Sequence record: PZ445437.1
Source of the DNA: a phage
DNA: 64,000 nt
Direction: 5' to 3' (one strand)
The notes beneath the pieces were generated by a model. It saw nothing but the letters and a program-made list of their open reading frames with translations. It was not told the DNA's origin and did no database searches. Positions 1 to 10,248 of the stretch are shown here, piece by piece. Positions within the stretch are counted from its first letter, which is position 1, and each line of letters begins with the position of its first letter. The position numbers and the translations under genes are program-made.

Positions 1-241
1 CATCGTCAATCATCCAGATTCGTTGACCTGCATACATATCAGTAATTGCTTTACGAGTACCGGCAATTCCGTTTACATCATCAGGAATAGTTACAATTTT
101 AGCTCTAGACCCGTAAGCGTCATAATAAGCTTTTTCTTCGTGTTCACGCACTACAATATGGGGTTCATAATCAGTCGGAAACATATCAAGGGCAGAAACT
201 GCCCCGACACGCTGATAACTTGGAATTACGAATTGAATCAT
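1..241 (-). CDS. Glycosyltransferase, GT-A-like N-terminus (5' part only; gene runs off window start)
   Basis: ATG at 241..239 overlaps gene 42 stop (ATGA). N-term MIQFVIPSYQR... resembles GT2 'VIPxYN' motif; does not resemble T4 beta-gt N-terminus. Confidence 0.45.
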   Translation of the reverse strand, partial: MIQFVIPSYQRVGAVSALDMFPTDYEPHIVVREHEEKAYYDAYGSRAKIVTIPDDVNGIAGTRKAITDMYAGQRIWMIDD

Positions 242-978
242 TTCCACTCACCTTTATAGTCTTTTTTCACAATATGAGTTTCGCCAGTATTCCACCAATG
301 ATCAACCAAGTAAAAATGACGAGAATATACATGAAGACTTCCGACATTCCATATAATAGAACCTGCTTTATACTGACGAGTTGAATCGCCTGCATTCAAA
401 TCAGATACTAATTTATCTAATACGTATTTTTGCCATGCATAATCATTACGGAATCCGAAGACCACGTCATTTGAGCGCATGCTTACTACTGCATTGACTT
501 TCTTATCACGAATCAGGTACTGCACTGTATTAGTACACATGAAATCTGACATACCATCTTTATTGTAGTCAAATTGCATGGATGGACGAGTATAAATCAT
601 GATACCACGTCGAGAATCAGGATTTTGACCAAGTTCAGCTAAACACATATCATACTGGGCATAGTTATCTTCTGACCAAATAGCCCAACCATAATTCGAG
701 TTAATTTCGCCTTTAGAAGATGCTACTTGTTGCCAAATCTTTGGTGTTTCACCTGGAATATCTTTAACAAACAGACTTTGAGACTTGTACCATTCAAGTT
801 CACGCTGAATGTATTCATCATTAAGAGCGCCAAAAATAAACGGTTCATCTGCTACAAATGATGCGCCAATAATTTCAATAGTTTTAACACCGGTTTTATC
901 AACTACGAAATCTTTTTCTTTTAATGCAAGCCCCAAATGAAGACGGATTTCTTCAACTGTCATAGAGTCACTAATCAT
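238..978 (-). CDS. 42: dCMP hydroxymethylase
   Basis: 246 aa, same length and sequence as I recall for T4 gp42; position next to imm/43. Confidence 0.95.
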   Translation of the reverse strand: MISDSMTVEEIRLHLGLALKEKDFVVDKTGVKTIEIIGASFVADEPFIFGALNDEYIQRELEWYKSQSLFVKDIPGETPKIWQQVASSKGEINSNYGWAIWSEDNYAQYDMCLAELGQNPDSRRGIMIYTRPSMQFDYNKDGMSDFMCTNTVQYLIRDKKVNAVVSMRSNDVVFGFRNDYAWQKYVLDKLVSDLNAGDSTRQYKAGSIIWNVGSLHVYSRHFYLVDHWWNTGETHIVKKDYKGEWK

Positions 979-985
979 TTAAACC

Positions 986-1135
986 TCAATTGATACATTC
1001 ATATTTAACTTGTAACAGTAATAAACCCCAACCTAAAATAATAGTTGGAATCATAAGAGGAACCGTTACACTATAGTATATACTTATTATAATCATCAAG
1101 ATTAAAAGCAACACTGCTATAATTTTGCTTTTCAT
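986..1135 (-). CDS. Small hydrophobic peptide (49 aa)
   Basis: Hand-translated: ATG overlaps imm stop (ATGA), ends just before gene 42 RBS; MKSKIIAVLLLILMIII...; below ORF-track size cutoff. Confidence 0.35.
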   Translation of the reverse strand: MKSKIIAVLLLILMIIISIYYSVTVPLMIPTIILGWGLLLLQVKYECIN

Positions 1136-1383
1136 TCCTTCTCTCTGATGATAATTACCTGATTTGGTTGTGCAGACTTTTTAGTTTCACCCGCAATTGA
1201 CCAAATAAATGTAATAAACCAACCAATAATTGACCAGTTAAACAGTAAAGATGTGAAAAAGATTCCTACTGTCGATTTTGACCCACGCATCAAGGCGATA
1301 AACCATGGAAGCATGTATATAATAATAGCCAACACACCTGAAACTAAAACCATAAAAATTGAACCTGCTACTAAAGTTTCCAT
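1132..1383 (-). CDS. imm: Superinfection immunity membrane protein
   Basis: 83 aa, two hydrophobic segments, T4 Imm length and position between 42 and 43. Confidence 0.9.
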   Translation of the reverse strand: METLVAGSIFMVLVSGVLAIIIYMLPWFIALMRGSKSTVGIFFTSLLFNWSIIGWFITFIWSIAGETKKSAQPNQVIIIREKE

Positions 1384-1390
1384 GTTTTCC

Positions 1391-1771
1391 TCACTTAGTC
1401 AAATTTTTTACACATGAATTATAAGAATTCACTACATACTCCATCGGAGCATTTTTACCAGTACGCCATTGGTAATTATTAGCCCAATTAGCCCAAATTT
1501 CGGCGCAGTAGTTTTCAATTTTTTCTTCGCGTGTAATTACATCCGAATTACGATATGCTTGAGCAGATTCATCTGGACGAATAGCTTCGTCAAAATTCGC
1601 CTGCATTTGTTCTACTGTTTGCTTTGGAGCTTCTTTATAACACTTGACATTAGGATTATAAAACTTGCTTGAACAGTTTACAATTTTTCCTACATCAGAC
1701 TGATTTACTACCGGTCCTTGAGCCACACAACCAGTAAGACCTAATGCAATAACCAAAATAGCGATTTTCAT
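1391..1771 (-). CDS. Predicted lipoprotein (126 aa)
   Basis: N-terminal signal peptide with lipobox LTGC; multiple Cys; imm.1 position. Confidence 0.6.
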   Translation of the reverse strand: MKIAILVIALGLTGCVAQGPVVNQSDVGKIVNCSSKFYNPNVKCYKEAPKQTVEQMQANFDEAIRPDESAQAYRNSDVITREEKIENYCAEIWANWANNYQWRTGKNAPMEYVVNSYNSCVKNLTK

Positions 1772-1783
1772 AATAATTTCCTC

Positions 1784-2035
1784 TTAAAACTTAACAAATA
1801 ACTTTAAAGCATCTTCAGTTTTAATTCCTTTTCTTACACCCATAACAGAAATTGGCTGTGACTGAAATTTTCCTTTACCATTATAAATTTCTAATCCAGT
1901 AACCATTCCATTTTGTTCTATAATACCGTAAGTGTTACCTTCATTTTCAAATTCTTTAACTTTAAAGAGTTTATTAGCTTTTTCTGCGTTAACAACTTTT
2001 AAATTTTGAATAAAATTAGTTTGAATATTTTTCAT
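1784..2035 (-). CDS. Hypothetical protein (83 aa)
   Basis: ATG preceded by GGAGG RBS and early promoter. Confidence 0.5.
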   Translation of the reverse strand: MKNIQTNFIQNLKVVNAEKANKLFKVKEFENEGNTYGIIEQNGMVTGLEIYNGKGKFQSQPISVMGVRKGIKTEDALKLFVKF

Positions 2036-2063
2036 TTTGTGTTCCTCCGTAGTTGATAGTTGT

Positions 2064-2092
2064 ATAGTACCATGGAAGAACAGTCTTGTAAA
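2064..2092 (-). promoter_or_regulatory. T4 early-class promoter (-35 TTTACA, 17-nt spacer, -10 TACTAT)
   Basis: Minus-strand GTTTACA..17 nt..TACTAT; one of a dispersed family of near-identical elements. Confidence 0.5.
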
Positions 2093-2180
2093 CAGTTTTG
2101 TGAAATTTTTTTAGGGAATTCTAAAGGTCCAGAATCATCTGTTTTTCATAAGTATAGATTTATATTACTTGTATGAAAAA

Positions 2181-2196
2181 GGGACCCGGAGGTCCC
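2181..2196 (-). terminator. Intrinsic terminator after gene 43
   Basis: GGGACC-UCCG-GGUCCC hairpin followed by U-run on minus strand, 14 nt after gene 43 stop. Confidence 0.6.
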
Positions 2197-2209
2197 TAGA
2201 TTTATTCTA

Positions 2210-4906
2210 TCAGCCAAACAGGAAGTCTAACGAAGCTTTTTCTTCATAGTCCATACCAGCCGATTCACACATGCCTGCAAGCGGTTTAACAAACGATTTT
2301 TGGAACAAAGTTGAGTAGTCAATCCAAGACAGTACGTCAGAACGAATTTCTTTTGGAAGTTCTGTGCCCGACGGCCAAGCAATGCACTTTTCACCAAATG
2401 GATTTCCTTCACGCAATGGAAGAACCATTACTTTATTTCCATCCAAAATTGGAGCTACACCTAAACCGCTAACAGCTCGACGATAAGTTAGCACCCCACG
2501 AATATGGAACGGGCATTTAAATCCTGGCCAACCTTTATCATCATATTTCGCTATATCGTTCGCAGTTTTTACTTCAGCAATAACTTTATAGTCAAGTTGA
2601 CGATATTCTTTCTCGAAGTTCTTGTAATATTCTTGGACAGACTCTTCACCTTCCTGAAGAATACGACGAATACTTTCTTCGAGAGCTTCTTGGACCGCTT
2701 TAGGCGTTGAACTCTGCTGAGTTTCCATACCCATGATTTTTAGATGCGGTTCAGCAAATCGCTTATCTTCCATATCATAAACGTTCAGAGCATAACGCTT
2801 TTTCGCTTTCCAAAATCCACCGACGCCCTTTGAACCAAGTGGAGGGCAAGAAATAGCTTCACGGTCCATATGCATCAGATGCTCGCGGTTATTCATATAA
2901 TCACATAACTCACGATATGCAACATCAATCATAGGTTCCATCTTTTTCTTACCGAACTGATTCATGAATTCAACTAAATCGTTCTGCTCTTTGAATCGGT
3001 CAAGACCAACTTTTTCAATAACTTTATCTACACAAACATATACCGAATCAGTATCACCTGCTGCAATGAAATCTTCGCCATTAGTTCCGCATACTTTATT
3101 CAGATATTCATTAATTTTACGAGCAATCCACTGAATACCAACTTGGCCGAAAATTGTGATAGCAGTAGCATTTCGCAAATCATAGTAACGGAAATGAATA
3201 TTACCAAGAGCACCATAAAGACTGTTAATAAGAATTTTACGGTTCAGCTGATTTGTGTTAGCAAGTGTAGCTGCTTTTTCACATTCTTCAATCAAACTAT
3301 TGAGAACAGATTCAGTATAATTCGATAGTTCATTTAAGAAATCATCACTGAACTTAACATATCGTTCAACTTCTGGTTTAGTTGAACAAGACCCTGCGCC
3401 TTTCATAATAATCTTTTTAATAGCTTCGGCATTCATTTCTTCAGCGAACATTTTCTTTTTCCAATCTTTACGCTGGAAAAATACTTTAGCGATTTCCTTT
3501 GGAATGATACCTTCTTGATGCTTATCATACATCCATCCATTCGGAGAACAAGAATATTCATCACTTGGTTTAGGAGCTGTTCCTGCGATATATTCATGAA
3601 TTGGATGAACTTTAAACTGACCACGAATAGTCTCAGGACTAATGTTAACCTGACGAATAATGCTCGGATACAGAGACGTCAAGTCAAAACTCATAATATA
3701 TCGACGAGCAATTGGTTTAGGTTCAAACACAAATGCACCCGGAAAACTCTGTTTAACATGCGAACCTTGTTGAGGAATAACCTTATGTTCACCTTTCAAT
3801 GAGTTAAAAATAATGGCATCCCAGGTTTTAATAGGACTCATTACACCGGAAAAAGGCATTTTAGCGTAATAAGACATACTTAAAACTAGATCGATAAACC
3901 CGCGAATTTTATCAATTGCTTGAACTGATTCTACGTCAATGATGTTATAACTAATGTATCGTTGATGATTAGTCTCACGAAGTTTATTAATAGGACCGTC
4001 GTATGGTAATTTACCTTTTTTGGTTTCATGTTGAGCAACTGATTCCAAAGAGAATGACGGCAAATTAGTAAAAGCAAATTTCTTGTACAAATCTAAATAA
4101 TCAAGAATAGATACACCATCAATAGAATAAATTTCTTTGCTGCCGTACATATTTTGAATTAGTTTAGATTTTACTCGACCGATTGGAGAGAAGCGTTTCA
4201 TACTACGTTCACCGAGAACCATTTTAACGCGATTCATGATATACGGAACGTCAAATCCCTCAATATTCCAACCAGTAAAAATAGCAGGTCGTTTCTGTTC
4301 CCAGAGATTGATATATTCCATGAGCATATCACGCTCATTATCGAATGGCATATAAATTACTCGGTCAAGAATTTCTTGAGGAACTTCATCACCACCTTCA
4401 CAGTCAAGCTTAGCAGCTAACTTTGCATCCCATTTTGATACTGAACCATACATTGAATTCAAAAGGTCGAAAACATAAAAACGATCATCAATTGAATCGT
4501 AATGAGTGATAGCATCAATTTCATATTCAGCTTTCATTGGGTCAGGAAATTTATCACCAGTAACCTCAATGTCACAGTTAGCTACACGAACAAATTTTCG
4601 GTCATAAACAATTTCTGAACCGTATGTATCACTGATATAAGCGAGTTTAAAATCGTTCATACCGAGAGCTTCGAGACCGATGTCTTCCATTCGTTTCATC
4701 CAATCTCGAGCATCTTTCATTGATGGAAATTTTTGAGGAGCGCAGTTTTTACCATAGATGTCTTTGTACTTTGACTCTTCCTTACAATGCCTAAACATAG
4801 TTGGAAGATATTCTACTTCACGAGTACGTTCCTTTCCATTTTCATCAATATAACGTTCAACAATATTATTTCCGACTGTTTCAATAGAGATATAAAATTC
4901 TTTCAT
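2210..4906 (-). CDS. 43: DNA polymerase (family B, with 3'-5' exonuclease)
   Basis: 898 aa, identical length to T4 gp43; exo and pol motifs (e.g. YGGA.., DTDS). Confidence 0.97.
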   Translation of the reverse strand: MKEFYISIETVGNNIVERYIDENGKERTREVEYLPTMFRHCKEESKYKDIYGKNCAPQKFPSMKDARDWMKRMEDIGLEALGMNDFKLAYISDTYGSEIVYDRKFVRVANCDIEVTGDKFPDPMKAEYEIDAITHYDSIDDRFYVFDLLNSMYGSVSKWDAKLAAKLDCEGGDEVPQEILDRVIYMPFDNERDMLMEYINLWEQKRPAIFTGWNIEGFDVPYIMNRVKMVLGERSMKRFSPIGRVKSKLIQNMYGSKEIYSIDGVSILDYLDLYKKFAFTNLPSFSLESVAQHETKKGKLPYDGPINKLRETNHQRYISYNIIDVESVQAIDKIRGFIDLVLSMSYYAKMPFSGVMSPIKTWDAIIFNSLKGEHKVIPQQGSHVKQSFPGAFVFEPKPIARRYIMSFDLTSLYPSIIRQVNISPETIRGQFKVHPIHEYIAGTAPKPSDEYSCSPNGWMYDKHQEGIIPKEIAKVFFQRKDWKKKMFAEEMNAEAIKKIIMKGAGSCSTKPEVERYVKFSDDFLNELSNYTESVLNSLIEECEKAATLANTNQLNRKILINSLYGALGNIHFRYYDLRNATAITIFGQVGIQWIARKINEYLNKVCGTNGEDFIAAGDTDSVYVCVDKVIEKVGLDRFKEQNDLVEFMNQFGKKKMEPMIDVAYRELCDYMNNREHLMHMDREAISCPPLGSKGVGGFWKAKKRYALNVYDMEDKRFAEPHLKIMGMETQQSSTPKAVQEALEESIRRILQEGEESVQEYYKNFEKEYRQLDYKVIAEVKTANDIAKYDDKGWPGFKCPFHIRGVLTYRRAVSGLGVAPILDGNKVMVLPLREGNPFGEKCIAWPSGTELPKEIRSDVLSWIDYSTLFQKSFVKPLAGMCESAGMDYEEKASLDFLFG

Positions 4907-4924
4907 AGATATTCCTTAGTTTAT

Positions 4925-4943
4925 AGCCCGAGTTATTAGGCTC
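4925..4943 (-). promoter_or_regulatory. gp43 translational operator hairpin
   Basis: Minus strand reads GAGCCTAATAACTCGGGCTATAAACTAAGGAATATCTATG, matching the known T4 gene 43 autoregulatory operator upstream of the RBS. Confidence 0.6.
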
Positions 4944-4966
4944 TTGATATATTATACTCCAAATAA

Positions 4967-4980
4967 GGGGCCGAAGCCCC
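4967..4980 (-). terminator. Intrinsic terminator (GGGGC-UUCG-GCCCC)
   Basis: UUCG-tetraloop hairpin followed by U-rich tract, between regA and gene 43 operator. Confidence 0.5.
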
Positions 4981-5234
4981 TTTGCTTTAAATTTCTATTG
5001 TACGACGCGATATAACGGACTTGCCATCTGTATTTGTGGTTTTGATAATCGCATGAAATGCGCGTTGGCGTGGGTAAACTAATCGTTGGAATTCTTTTTG
5101 GAATTCTATTTGTTTATCTTCCGGGAGGTCAAAAACCAGTTGGGTAGAAGACAGACCATATGTTTGTTTTTAGATTTTCGAATATTAGAAAAGCTTCGGT
5201 AAACTGAATCTCTGATTGTGTCATATAATTTACC

Positions 5235-5603
5235 TTAATTACCAATCGTATATTTAGGAACGAGTTTCCATTCATGTTTTTGTTTAAAAGAAATAACTCG
5301 GAAGTTATTAGTTAAATCTTTCATAAAAGTTCTTTGACCAGGAACGATTTCAATCAGTCCCCAATCTTCTAATAGCCATGCAATCGAATCACGACGAACT
5401 TCATCTTCTTCTGTCATTTCAACTTGACGGCCATCCATACGAAGCATTTCTTTAAAATGAACGATATAGTATAGTCCTTTTTTCTGAAGAATATGACAGG
5501 ACTGATACAGAACTTTATCTTTATTATTAGCAATTCCCATACGAGTCAAAGTTTCTTTTACTTTCAGAAAATCTTCAGGTTTTTTAAGAGTAATTTCAAT
5601 CAT
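5235..5603 (-). CDS. regA: Translational repressor RegA
   Basis: 122 aa, T4 RegA length and position downstream of 62. Confidence 0.9.
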   Translation of the reverse strand: MIEITLKKPEDFLKVKETLTRMGIANNKDKVLYQSCHILQKKGLYYIVHFKEMLRMDGRQVEMTEEDEVRRDSIAWLLEDWGLIEIVPGQRTFMKDLTNNFRVISFKQKHEWKLVPKYTIGN

Positions 5604-5604
5604 T

Positions 5605-6168
5605 TTACCATTCCAATGCTAGTTTTTTGAGTTGTTTCTGTTCTTTTACGTTCTTAGTCACTTCTTTCAAAAAATCATCCGTGACTAATCCTTTAAGTTC
5701 TTTTAATACTAAAGGTAGTTTTCCATTTTTAGTAAGAATTGATTTATAGTTAATTGCATCATTTGTATTAACTTGATACCGCTTAGCAAGTAACTTAATA
5801 ATCAATACTTCGGTGGAATCTTCAACTAGTTTTGCCCATTTACCATATCTTTTACCACGAGGAACTGCAGCCATTAGATAATTAAAATGAGCTTCATCAC
5901 TTAAGCCTGATCCAATTAAATTCATAGCATATACAGCTGGCATGCACTCTGGAAATTGTGATAATGCATTTTCAACCATGAATTTTGAATAATCTTTTTG
6001 AGCAATAGAGCATTTAGTTTTATTATTAATAGCTCCAATTATTTCAAAAAATTCATTTTCAGCTTTTTCTTTAAAAGAATCAGCAGCAGATTGGACAGCT
6101 GTCCAATCTTTTGAATACCAAGCAACTTGATGCTCGTTTAATTGAATATCATCTTCAAATAAGCTCAT
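5605..6168 (-). CDS. 62: Clamp loader small subunit
   Basis: 187 aa, T4 gp62 length; translationally coupled to 44. Confidence 0.9.
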   Translation of the reverse strand: MSLFEDDIQLNEHQVAWYSKDWTAVQSAADSFKEKAENEFFEIIGAINNKTKCSIAQKDYSKFMVENALSQFPECMPAVYAMNLIGSGLSDEAHFNYLMAAVPRGKRYGKWAKLVEDSTEVLIIKLLAKRYQVNTNDAINYKSILTKNGKLPLVLKELKGLVTDDFLKEVTKNVKEQKQLKKLALEW

Positions 6169-6169
6169 A

Positions 6170-7129
6170 TCACTTCCACTGCATTTCGCATGCTAATTGA
6201 ATGAAAAGATAAGCTAGATGCAATTCAGTATTAGCTGCAATACCATGATACTGATTATTTTCGCCGACAATTTCGTACATACGAATAATACTCTGTGGAG
6301 TTACACGTGAATAGATTTCTTCGGCAAGTTTACCTACGAACCACGAATAATCGGCTGCATATTTTGGTGCTAAAGCTCTGAGTTGTTTAACATCTTTATT
6401 TTTGAGAGACTCAAGAACATCATCAATAGCACCACGATCATTAGTAACCAGTGATAAAATACCAGCATCCAAAACACCTTTAGATGAATAACTATCGAGC
6501 TCGCCAATAGTTTTACGAAAATCAGGAAAATTCTTTTTAACCAAAGCTGCTACAACTTTCATATCAGCTATAGCAATACCTTCATGTTTACAGATTTCGG
6601 TCAACCGACGAATCATCTGCTTCATCATTTCAATTTTATCTTCATCGGTCGGTTGACCGAATGTGATAACTCGGCAGCGTGACTGAAGCGGTTTAATAAT
6701 ACCATCAATATTGTTAGCAGTAATAATAATACTACAGTTTGAGCTGTAAGCTTCCATAAAGGAACGAAGATGTCGCTGAGATTCTGCTAAACCTGAACGG
6801 TCAAATTCATCAATAACGATTACTTTTTGACGACCATCAAATGAAGCGGCGCTGGCAAAATTAGTCAAAGGACCACGAACGAAATCAATTTTACAATCTG
6901 ACCCATTCACAAACATCATATCAGCATTTACATCATGACACAATGCTTTTGCTACAGTTGTTTTACCTGTTCCTGGAGAAGGAGAATGAAGAATAATATG
7001 TGGAATCTTACCTTTACTTGTAATAGATTTAAAGGTTTCTTTATCAAAGGCGGGAAGAATACATTCATCGATAGTAGATGGACGATATTTCTGTTCAAGA
7101 ATGTGTTCTTTTTCATTTACGGTAATCAT
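6170..7129 (-). CDS. 44: Clamp loader ATPase subunit
   Basis: AAA+ Walker A GTGKT and SRC motif; ATG at 7129 gives 319 aa as in T4 (ORF-track start 7144 is an upstream TTG). Confidence 0.9.
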
Positions 7130-7163
7130 AATTTCCTCATTCAAGTTTTAGTGTAAATTATAA

Positions 7164-7177
7164 AGGGCCGAAGCCCT
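7164..7177 (-). terminator. Intrinsic terminator-like hairpin after gene 45
   Basis: AGGGC-UUCG-GCCCU hairpin 3 nt after gene 45 stop. Confidence 0.45.
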
Positions 7178-7180
7178 CTA

Positions 7181-7867
7181 TTAAAAATCGTGGGTAGAAT
7201 CAGCTTCAAGAGCTACTACATAATTCGCATGTTCACCTTCAAATTTAGCAGCGCCTTGTTTACCTTTTGCCCAGAGCAGAAGTTTATAATTTCCTGGTTG
7301 CATTTTCATATTTGCCATATTGATAATGAAATTAAATGTGTTTTCACCATCATAATCACCAAGAGTCAAAGAATATTTAACACGGGTCAGAGCAGAATCT
7401 TCTACTTTATTAAAACCGTTAATTACGATTTTACCTTCTTTTACTGTGATAGCAATTGTATCAATTTGCAGACCACGAGATACACGCAACAGTTGTTGAA
7501 GGTCTTCAGCTTTAATTTCAGTAACAACAGATGCTACCGGGAATGGAATTGGTTTATTAGGAGCAACTACTGTGCTCGGATCGGCTGCTGGCCAAAAAAT
7601 TGTTGAGCGGGCATCAGCAATTTTAATATTTCCATCTTCTGACTGGGAAATTTCTGCATCATCATTAACTAGAGACAGAATGCCGAGAAAACCGTTCAAA
7701 TCGTAAATTGCTACATCAAAATCAATAACGTCAGAAATATTTGCTTCCGCGTAAGTTGTACCATTAACTGCGCGAGTCATAATAAATTGACCGGATTTAA
7801 GCATAATGCCAGAGTTAATAGTAGCGAAATTTTTAAGCAGAGCAGTAGTATCTTTAGACAGTTTCAT
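7181..7867 (-). CDS. 45: Sliding clamp
   Basis: 228 aa, T4 gp45 length and position. Confidence 0.93.
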   Translation of the reverse strand: MKLSKDTTALLKNFATINSGIMLKSGQFIMTRAVNGTTYAEANISDVIDFDVAIYDLNGFLGILSLVNDDAEISQSEDGNIKIADARSTIFWPAADPSTVVAPNKPIPFPVASVVTEIKAEDLQQLLRVSRGLQIDTIAITVKEGKIVINGFNKVEDSALTRVKYSLTLGDYDGENTFNFIINMANMKMQPGNYKLLLWAKGKQGAAKFEGEHANYVVALEADSTHDF

Positions 7868-7922
7868 GTAATTTCCTTCAATTCAAATGGGATTTAATTT
7901 TATAACTAATTAAATAAAGCAA

Positions 7923-8312
7923 TTAACGATTAAAATCAGCTGCGATTGTTTCGGCAACAATTTGAGCAGCAACAATCAGACGTTCATCTGCATTACCGCA
8001 ATAATCATCTTCAAGGCGTTCACCGCATGAAGTCATAATAAATTTAGCACCGGCGTTTAGGGATTCTGTAGTATGTTTGCGCATTAGTTCAATCCATTTA
8101 TTACTTACTTCACGATCGATAGCTTCATAATACGCATGACGAGCAGGTGCAGATTTAATTTTGTTCTGAATAACTTCCATCGCGTTATCAGAAAGAGACA
8201 AAACCCACGCTCGACGAATTTTATTTTGGTTTTGTGGATTTGATTCAGAACGCACATGTTTTGGCTGAATATCTTTTACATCAACAGTATAATTCACAGT
8301 AATTTTAGTCAT
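7923..8312 (-). CDS. rpbA: RNA polymerase-binding protein RpbA
   Basis: 129 aa, T4 RpbA length and position between 45 and 46. Confidence 0.7.
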
Positions 8313-8321
8313 AATACACCT

Positions 8322-8510
8322 TTAGTCATAATAATCAGTAACAGTCCAAGCTTCATTTCTATTGGACATTATTTTTGTATATTCTGCTTTAAATGCATTC
8401 TTAAGCATAGATTCAGTAACTATATGCTCTTCATTAGAAAAATTATTTCTCAGAATATATCGTTTTATTTCAGGAATAGTTAATAGATGCTGTCCAGTTG
8501 AATATTCCAT
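8322..8510 (-). CDS. Hypothetical protein (62 aa), 45.2-like
   Basis: Small ORF in conserved position. Confidence 0.4.
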   Translation of the reverse strand: MEYSTGQHLLTIPEIKRYILRNNFSNEEHIVTESMLKNAFKAEYTKIMSNRNEAWTVTDYYD

Positions 8511-8565
8511 GTTTTTCCTCCATAGAGATTATACTCTAATAAATTAAAGCATAATCTCTTATAAA

Positions 8566-10248
8566 TTAAACCATTACAGTAAATCGACCAACTTTCTTCA
8601 TTTGAAGATGCTGACCGTATGCTTGCGGGTCATGGTCTCTATGCGAAATAACAAAAACGTTAGTATTTTTTAAACTATCTAAAATAGTTGAAATAGCTTT
8701 TACACCTTCAACGTCGGTCGCTGAATCAAAAACTTCGTCAAGAATTAACGTGTTTATTTTAACACCTGAAACTTTTTCAGCAATATCACGCCAAGTAAAT
8801 AAAAGAGCAATATCAATTCGTGCTTTTTCACCTTGACTGAATGAAGCATAACTAAAATCTTCGCGACCACGGGATTTAATTGTCTCATTAAATTCTTCAT
8901 CTAATGTAAACACATAATCCGCTTCCATTATTTTAAGATAATGGTTAATCTGCTTATTAAATAATGGAATGTACTTTTTAATAATAGCACCTTTAATACC
9001 AGAATCTTTGAGCATATCAGTCAAAATTCCTCGGTGGTATTTTTCCATTACTAAATTAGTTTTTGTCTTAACAATTTTATCAAGTTCTTCTTGAAGCAGT
9101 GCTATTTCATCAGCATGGTCAATAAACTCAGAAGATGCTTTTTCTATAGCCGCTTTAACTTTTTTAGCTTTATCTACCGTTGTGATTAGAGATTGTTTTT
9201 TATTGCGAATATCATTTGCCAACGACTGCTGGGTTTTAATATTATCTCGGTATTCATCAACAAGAACTTTTAAATTATCACGATGCGTTGAAAGCTGTTC
9301 AAACGAATGCGTGCATTCAGAAACTTTATCTTTAATTTTAGAAACAACTTTATCACCGGAACTCAATTGTGACAAACAGGTTGGACATAATCCACCTTCG
9401 TGATACATATTAATGACTTTATTATACGAGTCAATTTTTGATTTAATTAAAACTGCTTCTTGACCGATTTTATTAAATGCATCAGTCGGGTCTTCATCCA
9501 AAACAATATTAACTAATCTTTCGTTAGCTTCTTCTATTTCCGATTTTAGCGTTCTAGCTTCTTTTGCCAAATCATCATACATATTTTGCAGACGAGTAAG
9601 GTTGTCACCTGTTAATTTTTTCTGGCGTTCAACGTTATCATTATATATTTTAATTTGTTGGATAATACTATCTTTTTTAACATCAAGCACTTGGTTCTGC
9701 GAATTTAATTCACGTATTAGTGCTTTATTAAGCTTATCCATTTCAGCTAATGTTCCTACCTCAAGCAGGTCTTCCACAAGCTTTCTTCGCGCAGGGGTCG
9801 ACAAACCCATGAAAGGGGTATACCCTGCTGTACCAAGGACAACAATCTGCTTGAAACTGGCATATGACATTCCGATAAGCTGTTCAAATTCTGCTTGGAA
9901 ATCTTTACTGCTGGCAGATTCATTAAGACGTGTACCGTTAACGGTGATTTCAAAAACGTTCGGTTTTTGTCCTCTTTTGATATAGTACTTTTTCTCATCA
10001 TATTCCATCCACAGTTCAACTAAAAGTTCTTTCTTATTTGTGCTGTTTATTAATTGACCTTTCTTTACATCACGGAATGGCTTGCCAAAAAGCCCAAATG
10101 TGATGGCTTCTAACATAGTAGACTTACCACCGCCATTTCGTCCAGTAATAAGAGTTTTTTGAACCTTATCTAATTGAATGTCAATAGGATTTCCACCTAC
10201 TGACATTATATTTTGATACCTAACTCGGTTTAGTTTAAAATTCTTCAC
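8566..10248 (-). CDS. 46: Recombination endonuclease subunit, Rad50/SbcC-like ATPase
   Basis: 560 aa (T4 gp46 length); Walker A GRNGGGKST, coiled-coil, CPTC zinc hook, signature/Walker B at C-terminus. Confidence 0.93.
   Translation of the reverse strand: MKNFKLNRVRYQNIMSVGGNPIDIQLDKVQKTLITGRNGGGKSTMLEAITFGLFGKPFRDVKKGQLINSTNKKELLVELWMEYDEKKYYIKRGQKPNVFEITVNGTRLNESASSKDFQAEFEQLIGMSYASFKQIVVLGTAGYTPFMGLSTPARRKLVEDLLEVGTLAEMDKLNKALIRELNSQNQVLDVKKDSIIQQIKIYNDNVERQKKLTGDNLTRLQNMYDDLAKEARTLKSEIEEANERLVNIVLDEDPTDAFNKIGQEAVLIKSKIDSYNKVINMYHEGGLCPTCLSQLSSGDKVVSKIKDKVSECTHSFEQLSTHRDNLKVLVDEYRDNIKTQQSLANDIRNKKQSLITTVDKAKKVKAAIEKASSEFIDHADEIALLQEELDKIVKTKTNLVMEKYHRGILTDMLKDSGIKGAIIKKYIPLFNKQINHYLKIMEADYVFTLDEEFNETIKSRGREDFSYASFSQGEKARIDIALLFTWRDIAEKVSGVKINTLILDEVFDSATDVEGVKAISTILDSLKNTNVFVISHRDHDPQAYGQHLQMKKVGRFTVMV

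Noticed and set aside
23-259. Plus-strand 78-aa ORF at the window start
   Set aside because: Lies antisense to the minus-strand glycosyltransferase/gene 42 junction; low-complexity translation; no RBS.
2504-3802. Several plus-strand ORFs (2504-2710, 3143-3328, 3515-3802) inside gene 43
   Set aside because: Antisense to the DNA polymerase gene, hydrophobic or low-complexity products typical of AT-rich antisense frames.
9182-9985. Plus-strand ORFs antisense to gene 46 and minus-strand ORF 9756-10019 in an alternate frame
   Set aside because: Fully embedded in the Rad50-like gene 46; no independent expression signals.
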